From: Neocallimastix sp. 'constans'
Taxonomy: Eukaryota
Length of the DNA: 64,000 nt
Assembly: GCA_050613775.1 (NCBI GenBank)
Contig: JBODTK010000013.1
Coordinates: forward strand, 1-64,000
Direction: 5' to 3'
Shown here: one piece after another, positions 26,685 to 36,521 of the stretch
How the letters are laid out: each line of letters begins with the position of its first letter
How positions within the stretch are numbered: the first letter of the stretch is position 1
The notes under the pieces: model-generated
The model's database searches: none
The model's input: the letters and a program-made list of their open reading frames with translations, nothing else
What the model was told of the DNA's origin: nothing
Made by a program: the position numbers and the translations under genes

Positions 26685-27105
26685 GTATCTTTAAGGATAA
26701 TAAATACACCCCAAAGTTGATATGACGAAAAATGAATTCTGTGTCACTTATAAGGGAGAACTTGTTCTAGCCCAATCCTCAATTAAAAATTGTGAAACTG
26801 GAGATTGTTACCTTTCAGAAAGTATTAATTCTTACATTTATGGCTATGGCTCTTCTCAATAACACCTATACCACATGAATCAATTTGCAGCTCAAATGGT
26901 GGATCTAGTCTGTATTAATAATTATGTTGTAGTTGATAATGAAACTGATAAATTAAAATTTGCTCCATTAAACAACTCGGTTATGTTGAATGTACAAAAA
27001 ATTAAGAAAATCCAAAAAAAATGTAATATAGGTAGTAATTTAAATCTAATAAAACCCCATTTCCTTATGTTAATATGTTCTATTTTAATATCTATAATTT
27101 TTATA
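26685..27105 (+). pseudogene. Internally deleted pseudogene copy of the scaffoldin 3' end
   Basis: 26685-~26905 aligns with 24320-~24539, and ~26902-27105 aligns with ~25309-25515. Contains frameshifts and a stop. Confidence 0.9.
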
Positions 27106-27111
27106 TACATA

Positions 27112-27142
<31 letters not shown>

Positions 27143-28116
27143 TAAAAATTTTTAAAATTAAATACACTTTTACTTTGATAACATATTTTATTCTTCATGT
27201 ATGAACTGTAGGTCATTTATTAATTGTATTTTAGTTATTTATAATTTTTATTAATATTTTATTATTTTATAATTACAATATTATATAATATTATTTTTTT
27301 TTTGAAAAAAATCAAGGATAAGAATAATAAAATTATATAGTAAAGTATTAATTATTTTAAATTATTATAAATAAATATAATAATATATATTTTAATATGA
27401 ATAATATATAAATAATATAAACTATTATATCAATTATATAAACTTTAATACTTTAATATAATTTTTATTATAAAATAAAAAGTATAATTGAATATTTAAG
27501 AAATATATATATAATATAATATAATATAATAAATACAAAATATAAATAATATAAAATATATATAATATATAAAATATTTAATAATATAAATTTAATATTT
27601 GAATATATATAATCAATATAAATATTCAAATATACAAATATACAAATTACTACACATATTTGTTTTATATCAAATTAATGGTCTAAAAATACTTATTTGT
27701 TTACATAAATTTATTTATATTTTTATTATTTATTATTATTTAATTATTTATTATAGTTTTTAGAATTACAGTATTCAATTGATTATATTTTTTATTTATA
27801 TTATAATATATAGTAATATATTGCTTTATTTTATTCATTATATTTAGAGTATATTCTTAATATAAAATAATTAAAGTATAATGGATGATCCATTCAATAT
27901 CAATAAAAACATTTCTATTCATTTTAATATATAAATAATATATATAAATATACATAATAAATATACTCAATAGTCTATATTAACAATTAATTGTTATATT
28001 CTTATTTATATTTAAAATTTTAATTCCACTTCAATTATTTTATAAATCATAAATAAGTAATATATATTTATTCTGTATTTAATTTATATATTTAAAAAAA
28101 CTATTTAACATTTTTT

Positions 28117-28153
<37 letters not shown>

Positions 28154-28482
28154 CTTCAAGCATAATTTATTTATTTATTTCTTTCTTTTTTTCCTTTTAA
28201 AAAATAATTAATTATTTATTTTTTTTATTAATAATAATTTATTAATAATAATAATTTAAAAAAAAAAAAAAAAAACTAAATTTCACTTTTTTTTCTTGTC
28301 TTTCTTAATTTATAATTTTTTACTACTAATAATAATATTTAGTAGAAATAAAAAATATAGAACAAAACGAAAAGTTTTATTTATTATTTGTGTCATTTTA
28401 ATCATTTATTATGTGATATGAAATGAAATAAAAACCTTAATTATTAATTAATTATTTTATTAATAATTACATAAAAATAAAT

Positions 28483-29042
28483 GGGGGAGGTGCATTTCGG
28501 AAAATTTACATAAAAAGTTTCATTTCGCAAAATTTCATTTCAGAAAAGTTTCATTTCACAAAAATTTTTTATAAAGTTAATAAATAAATAAATTAATAAT
28601 AAAACAAATAAATAATATATATAATTTAAATAAAAATAAATAAATAAAAATAAAACTTTAATAAATAAATAAATTTAAAATTAAATTTTTTAAAAAAAAA
28701 AGAAATATTTATAAATAATTCAGTAAAAAAAAAAAAAAAAAAAAAAAGATGAGGACATCATAAAAAAGGGAGTTAAAAGTAGCACAAAGTTAGGATGATT
28801 TTAGGTGGTATTTATTTTTTTTATTTTATATTTTTTTTTATTTTTTTTTTTTTTTTTTTTTATTTTTTATTTTATATTTTATATTTTTATATTTTTTATT
28901 TTTTTTTTATTTTTTTTATTTTATATTTTATATTTTATAATTTTTTTTTTATTTTTTTATTATTTATTTATTTATCTATTTATTAAAACTTTTGCGAAAT
29001 GAAACTTTTCCGAAATGAACTTTTGCGAAATGACACACAATC
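28483..29042. mobile_element. Mutator-like MITE
   Basis: Left end GGGGGAGGTGCATTTCGGAAAA plus repeated CATTTC(G/A)(C/G)AAAA motifs. The right end carries the inverted motifs TTTT(G/C)CGAAATG, ending ...ACACACAATC. The AT-rich interior is non-coding. Confidence 0.7.
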
Positions 29043-29940
29043 AGTTAAATATACAAAAAGTATAATATAAATAATAAAATATTTATAATATTTATAATAT
29101 ATAAAAATATAATAAAAATATAATAAAAATATAGTAAAATAAAATAATTAAAATGAAATAAAATAAAACTGAATTTATAAATTATTTACATATTTTCATA
29201 ACATAAAATTTATGTTAAAAATCTTATGTTTACATTAATTTTATGTATTTTATAGAATTTATGATGTTACATAAATTTATATTATATCACGTTATTTTTA
29301 GATCATTTTATTAATCATATGATAATTAATCAAGTGATTAATTATCATATGATTAATACACGAATGTGATGCATTTCGACATAATTAATGTATAATCAGC
29401 TTAAATATTTGTACAATGAGTATAAATTATATAATACGCCACAACTTTCAACGTATATTTTTTAGCATTAAAAAAATAAAATAAAAACTAAAAAAATAAA
29501 AAAAGAATAAGTTTTCTGTTAAGAATTTTATTTTATTTTTATTTATTTTCAATTATTTAATTAATTTTCATATTTTTATTATATTTTATTATTATTTATT
29601 TAATAATAAAACCTTTCCATTTTATTTTATTTAAATAAAATAAATAAGATTTTATATTTTATTATTAAATTAATTAAATAATAAAATAAAATTTATTTTA
29701 ATATTAAATATTTATTATTAATAAAATTTAAATATTGATATTGATATTAATAAAATATAATGATATTGATATTAATAAAATATAATGATATTGATATTAA
29801 TAAAATATATTGATATTGATATTAATATAATTTAAACTATATATATTCTAGTTAATTATTATTTATAAATTTAGAGCGTGTTTAATTCTAATAAACATTT
29901 ATATCATTTTTTGTATTTTTTAATTAAATCATTGATTTCA

Positions 29941-31243
29941 TCAGTTTTTGTTAATATTCTTCTTTTTTTTTTTTTTCCAAACTCCTTCAATTTTCCTATT
30001 GAAATTATTGTAAGATAAAGATTCTTCTCTTTTTAAATGATAAATCAATTCAAAGAAAGAAGGTTTTTTGTAAAATAATTTTTTTAAGTAATTGTTAAAA
30101 GATTCTGAAGCATTATTTGTTATGTGGTTTATATCGTTATAATAATTCCAATATTGAATATCATATTTATATAAATAAGTCTTATTAAAATATTCCAAAA
30201 AATTTAAAAAATGGAATATATATTTGACATATAAATTTAATATAATTATAAATATAAAATATATATTCAGGATTTATAAAAGGAAAATTTGTAATAGCTT
30301 TATAAAACAAATAAATTTTATGATTACTTTCAACTTCATTATAACATAATTTGTTTTTTTGAACTTCTAACGATCTTTTATTATGCCATACACAATATTT
30401 AATAGTAATATTAGGAAATATTTTAATGGCACCATTGGAGATACCTTTTTTAAAATCACAATGCAAAATTTTTGGTGTAACTATAATATTATTATTATAT
30501 TAACTTGCATTCTTTTTTAATTCTTCAAATAACAATTCATAGGTTGCTTGTTCTTTATTATTTAATATAGATAGTGATGCAGTTTAAAAACTATTTATTT
30601 CTGGAGCATATATTCTTGTTATAAACACTTGATAACCAAATATTGGTGCAATATAAAATGTACCATCAGCAAACATATTTTCGTTGTATTTTATAAACAA
30701 TTCTGTTTGGAATGGTAATTGAAAAATTATAATATTAGAATTTTTGAATATCATAAAATTTTCATCTCTTTCGTTTATATAATATTCAGATTCATCTGGA
30801 ATTTCATTAAATTTTGATATATCAGGAGGTAGTTGTTTTTTTATATATCATGATATTTGGGATTTAATTGAATTATATATAATTCAGAGCATATCAATCA
30901 AATTTCTTCAGATATTTCATTATATATATATGATATGGATTTATATCAAATGTGATTGAGGTTTTTCTAATATCATTTTTCATTTTATGTTTTACTATTG
31001 ATACAGATGCATCATATTCTTTTCCTGGATGAGTATTTTTGTTTTCATATTTTATTACTTTATTATTATCATTTAGAATAATGTATGATTTACATTTTTT
31101 AATGGTTTTATGTTCAGTACATTTGAATACTTTTGTATGATTCGTTATATACCATAAATCAAATTTATAATTTTTGTTTACAATGATTTGGTTTTTTTTT
31201 TTTTTTTTTTTTTAGTTTCACTTATTTCTAATTGATCATCCAT
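29941..31243 (-). pseudogene. MULE transposase pseudogene (element 1)
   Basis: Motifs FADGTF, HCDFK, KYCVWH and HITNNASES lie across several frames with stops and frameshifts; paralogous to the element 2 transposase. Confidence 0.85.
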
Positions 31244-31639
31244 TTATTATAAATATTTTAAATTAAAAGTTTTATTTTTTAATTTTTTTTGTTTTAATCT
31301 ATTTATTTTATCTTATATTTTTATTCTTTTTTTTTTTTTATTTTTTATTTTAAATTAAAAGTTTTATTTTTTAATTTTTTTGTTTTATTCTTTTATTTTT
31401 TTATTTTTTAATTTTTTTTGTTTTATTCAATTATTTTTTTATTATTTTTTTTTTATTTTAAATTAAAAGTTTTATTTTTTAATTTTTTTGTTTTATTCTT
31501 TTATTTTTTTATTTTTTTAATTTTTTTGTTTTAATCTATTTTTTCTATCTTAAATTTTTATTCTTTTTTTTTATTTTTTATTTTACTTTATTATTTATTT
31601 TTTTTTGTTTGCTATAAATGTTAATAAAATTAAATTATG

Positions 31640-31679
<40 letters not shown>

Positions 31680-32365
31680 CCTTTCCTATTCATTTATTTT
31701 ATAAGCCACATTGTAATACATTAATAAATGATTATACATAAATTATGTCGGGGAAGTTGCATTACGCCAATTTTTTTCACGTGATATATATAAATTTGTG
31801 GCTATAGCTATATTATACTACATAATATTATTTTATTGTATTATTTTGTTATTTCAATTTTTAAATTAATTATTAAGTGAATAATTAAATAAATCATATA
31901 ATGGTTAGATTTTATGATTTTAATTCTTTATTTTTAATAATAATTCTTTTATTTAAATGTTATTAAAAATATAAATATTATTAATTATTTTACTTAAATG
32001 TTATTAATAAAAAAAACACATAAAAATATAAATGCTATTAATAATAATTCTTTTACTTAAATGTTATTAAAAATATAAAACTAATAATAATAATTTTTTT
32101 ATTTAAATTTTATTAATAAAAAAATTAAATAAAATTACAAATGTTATTAAAAATATTTTATTAATAATAATTCTTTTTTTTTTTAAAAATTATTAAACGA
32201 AATAATAATTATAATGATAAAACTATAAATTATACATTGTATTTGAATATTTATTAAAACTGTATAAATTTAATATGCTTTATAAATTAAATTATTGAAT
32301 GACAGAATTCTGATTATTTCATTTGGTCATTCCTCATTTCTTAATTATTTATTATAAAGTAATAT

Positions 32366-33789
32366 TTATATTATATTATTTAAATTAGTTAAACAATCAA
32401 ACCACAAATTAATAATTTTATTTCTATCACATTTAGCATCAATTAACTTGGCTTCAATACTTTTGAAGCGTTCAATTAAGACACTGATTTCGTTAGCTTT
32501 ATTTATTGCTCTTTTTTTTATTTTCCAAATTCCTCTTATTTTTCTTTGATAATCATAATATGATAAATGTTCAAGTTCATTTAATTTATCTATTAATTCA
32601 TAAAAAGATGGTTTTGTTGGAAATAAATTATTTAAATAATTATTGAGTGATTCTGAGGCATTGTTTGTTATATGTTCTATATTATTATAATAATTCCAAA
32701 TTTTCATATCATAATCAATTAAATATGTTTTATAAAAATATTCTAAAAATTTTAAAAATTGACAATAATTATTTTAATGGATTTAATTTTAATTATAACA
32801 TAAATATCAAATATATATTCAGGATTTATAAATGGTAAATTTGAAATAGCTTTATAATAAATAAATATATTATTATTATTTTTTACTTCATTATAGCATA
32901 ATTTATTTTTTTAATTTCTAGTGATTTTTTATAATGCCAAATGCAATATTTAATATTTGTATTAGGAAATATTGTTTTTGCTGCTTTAGATATGGCCCTT
33001 TCAAAATCACAATGCAAATTTTTTGGTTCAATTCTAATATTATTGTTACATGTATTAGCATTTTTTTTTCAATTTTTCAAATAACATTTTATATGTTTCT
33101 TGTTCTTTTTTTTTTAATATTGCAAAAGAAGTAGTGTAAAAACTATCTAATTCTTTAGCATAAGTTCTTGTAATAAATACTTGATAACTAAATTTAGGGG
33201 CAATAAAAAATGTACCATCAACAAATATATCATCATTATATTCCCTAAATAATTTTGCTTGAAAAGGGGATTGAAAAATTATTAAATTAGAATTTTTGAA
33301 TATCATAAAATTTTCACCTCGCTTTGTTTTATAATATTCAGATTCACTTGGAATTTCAGCAAATGTTGTTACATTGGATGGTAGTTTTTTATTTAAATTT
33401 CTTGATATTTGGGATTTAATTGAATTATATTCTGGACATATAAGTCCCATTTCTTTAGAAATTTTATTATATAGGGGTTTTATTTTTATACCAAAAGGAA
33501 TTGAACTTTTTTCAATTCCATCTTTAATTTTATGTTTCATTATAGATAGGGATACATCGTATTCATTTTCAGGATGATTATGTGAACTATTATACTTTAA
33601 AATTTCTTTCTTATCATTTAAAATAATAAAAGATTTACATTTATTTATTTTTTTATATTCTGTACATTTATACACTTTGGAATTATCTTTTCTTTTATAT
33701 GAAAAATTAAATTTATATTTTTTATTAATAATAATTTGTTCTTTTCCTTTGTTGGATTCACTTATATCAATAATTAAATTTTCTTCCAT
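32366..33789 (-). pseudogene. MULE (Mutator) DDE transposase with N-terminal FLYWCH/WRKY-like zinc finger, frameshifted
   Basis: YKCTEYKKINKCKS...HNHP, FVDGTF, HCDFE, YCIWH and TNNASES motifs. Frame breaks at ~33060 (A-run) and ~32770. Confidence 0.85.
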
Positions 33790-34244
33790 TTCTATATTTT
33801 TATAAATATTTTTTAATTATATAATTATAATTATTATATTAATTATCCAATATTATTCGTAATATTAATTTTGAAAAATTAGTTTTTCAATTATTTGTAA
33901 AATAAATAAATAAATAAATAAAGAATGTAATAATATAAATACAAGTATATAAAATAAAATAAATATTGAATGTAATAATATAAAAGTACAAGTATATAAA
34001 ATAAAATAAAGTAAATATTTATTATTATTTTTTATTAAAGATTATTAAAGACAATTTATTTTTAAAAATAAAATGTTTTATTTAATTATATATGTTAGAA
34101 AGCAAAAAATCATTTATATTTAATGAGATTATTAACTACCAATAATATTAAACTACATCATTAATTGAATATAATAAAAATGTAAAAAATTTTCATTTCG
34201 AAAACATTGATCTTTAATATTCTTTAATAAAAATTAATAATAGA

Positions 34245-35010
34245 TATTTATTTTATTTTATTTTATTTTATTTTATTTTATTTTATTCAATCTGTACTTT
34301 ATTTTTAATATTCTACTATTTATTTTATTTTATTTTATTTTATTTTATTTTATTTTATTTTTATTAATATTTTATTCTTTTATATTACTTCACTATTTAT
34401 TTTATTTTATTTTATTTTATTTTATTTTATTTTATTTTATTTTTATTAATACTTTATTCTTTTATATTACTTCACTATTTATTTTATTTTATTTAATTTT
34501 ATTTTATTTTATTTTATTTTATTTTATTTTATTTATTTTATTTTATTTTATTCAATCTGTACTTTATATTTAATATTCTACTATTTATTTTAATTTATTT
34601 TATTTTATTTTATTTTATTTTATTTTATTTTATTTTATTTTATTTTATTTTATTTTATTTTATTTTATTTTATTTTATTTTATTTTATTTTATTTTATTT
34701 TTATTAATATTTTATTCTTTTATATTACTTCACTATTTATTTTATTTTATTTTATTTTATTTTATTTAATTTTTATTAATACTTTATTCTTTTATATTAC
34801 TTCACTATTTATTTTATTTTTTTTATTTTATTTTATTTTATTTTATTAAATACGTACTTTATATTCATATTCTACTATTTATATTTTATTTTATTTTATT
34901 AAATATGTACTTTATATTCACATTCTACTATTTATTTTATTTTATTTTATTAAATATGTACTTTATATTCATATTCTACTATTTATTTTATTTTATTTTA
35001 TTTTATATAT
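34245..35010. repeat. (TTTTA)n microsatellite with interspersed higher-order units, inside MULE element 2
   Basis: Directly visible, with recurring TATATTACTTCACTATTT and GTACTTTATATTCATATTCTACTA spacers. Confidence 0.9.
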
Positions 35011-35430
35011 TTTTATTATTATATTCTTTATTTATTTATCAATTTATTTATTAATTTATACATTTATTTATTTTAAAATTAATTGTATTATAATTTTTTA
35101 TGGCGTTAACAAAAAATTTTACAAGCCATTAAAAATAAATGGCGTATTGAAAATTTGTATTTTAAAAATTGGCGAAATGAACCACATTCAATATGTCGAA
35201 ATGCAATACTCCCTTAATAATATAAATTTATATTTCTATCTATAATAAATTTACATTGATTCATATGATTTATATCATTTAAAGTTATACGCCACAATAT
35301 AAATATATTTTTTATAATAAAATTTAATTATACTTATTAATATTTATTTATATTAATTTTTATTTAAAAAAATTACAATATTTATTTATTTTTACATGCC
35401 ACGTTGTAATACAATTATGTCGAAATGCAA

Positions 35431-35505
35431 GCCATGTTGGTCCAGTCGGTTAGGACGATACAGATTACTGTAGAGGGCGGGGTTCGAATCCTCGGCATGG
35501 CACCA
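35431..35505 (+). pseudogene. tRNA-like SINE head (pseudo-tRNA, encoded CCA, defective anticodon loop)
   Basis: Acceptor GCCATGT/GCATGGC+ACCA, D stem GTCC/GGAC, T stem CGGGG/CCTCG. The anticodon stem TACAG/CTGTA closes only a 4-nt loop. Confidence 0.75.
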
Positions 35506-35879
35506 AATAATCGGATGAGGTTTCTATCCTGGGACATCATGAGACCACACGTGATGTTCATAAGGCTTTCCCTCAAATGATTATTTCACCCAACCCTGAT
35601 ACTACGCTTTGAATTGAAGCATATAGACCTTGATGATTGTAAATTTCCAATCGCCAATGATTACACCCACTAGGGAGGAGTTAATGATTCCGTTCTGATG
35701 CTCGTGGTCATTAGAGATATATGTAGGAACGTTAGGAATGCATCTCCGGGCAGTGTGTAACGACGATTGAGAGCGGCGAAGCTGATACAGTATGCCAATA
35801 ACTCATCACCTTACAGTTAATTAATAACTGTATGGCCATATGGGAGATGGGTACCCATATGTGCAAGTCTATGTTTTTT
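35431..35879 (+). mobile_element. tRNA-derived SINE (~450 bp) with 16-bp TSD
   Basis: tRNA-like head with A box TGGTCCAGTCGG and B box GGTTCGAATCC, GC-rich body, 3' hairpin CATATGGG...CCCATATG and T-tail. Flanked by the perfect direct repeat TTATGTCGAAATGCAA (35415-35430, 35880-35895). Confidence 0.85.
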
Positions 35880-36521
35880 TTATGTCGAAATGCAACACTC
35901 CCAGTGAAATCATTATGTAGTTATTTTATTAATCACAATTTATTTATTAAATTTAAAGAATTCTCATACATAATATTATTAATTATATAAATTTATATTT
36001 CTATCTATAATAAATTTATATTGATTCATATGATTTATATTATTTAAAGTTATACGCCACAATATAAATAAATTTATTTTAATAATAAAATTTAATTATA
36101 CTTATTTTTATATTTATTTAATTTATACTAATTTTATATTTATTTTTATTTATTATATTAATTTTTTTTTATTTCCGGTGTGTACCGCACTATGCCCCCC
36201 TCAACACATGGGAATATTAAGGTAGTCACAACACTTTGTGGATATAGTCCCTACTGGACAGCCTTACTGTTTATTCAGCATTGGCGCTCTAACCATATAT
36301 ATTATTGCTGAGATTTTCTAGCACGATTTTTCTCGGAATGCTTTTTTGGTGCCTAACTCCCTAGAAGTGAGGCTAGAGTAACCTAACCCAATGAGTCAGT
36401 CATGTATTTAGTCAGCAGATTGGTTATTCGTAGTTTAGCTACGTGAATATGAACCCATATGCTAGAAATTCCCTCGTAAGTATATTAATGACAGTTACTA
36501 GCGCAATCCTCTCAGGCCCAC

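Larger units (their letters stand above)
31751..35189 (-). mobile_element. MULE element 2 (~3.4 kb), nested in the TIR of element 1
   Basis: Termini GGGAAGTTGCATTACGCCAATTTTT and AAAAATTGGCGAAATGAACCACATTC. 9-bp target-site duplication ATTATGTCG (31742-31750) / AATATGTCG (35190-35198), an 8/9 match. Confidence 0.8.
29362..35213 (-). mobile_element. MULE element 1 (degenerate), with its right TIR split by MULE element 2
   Basis: Left TIR GAATGTGATGCATTTCGACATAATTAATGTATAATCA is inverted to TGATTATACATAAATTATGTCG (31729-31750) plus AAATGCAATACTCCC (35199-35213). Encloses a transposase pseudogene. Confidence 0.75.

Noticed and set aside
35431..35505. Functional tRNA gene
   Set aside because: The anticodon loop is only 4 nt, there is no T-run terminator right after it, and it lies within a TSD-bounded insertion.
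35510..35560. Hammerhead ribozyme in the SINE (minus strand CTCATGA…GAAAC)
   Set aside because: The core deviates from CUGAUGA and I could not build stems I and III.
36176..36520. GC-richer segment as a defined LTR or ncRNA
   Set aside because: It is probably retroelement-derived (a purine tract GAGGGGGG lies on the minus strand), but there is no second copy in the window to define boundaries.
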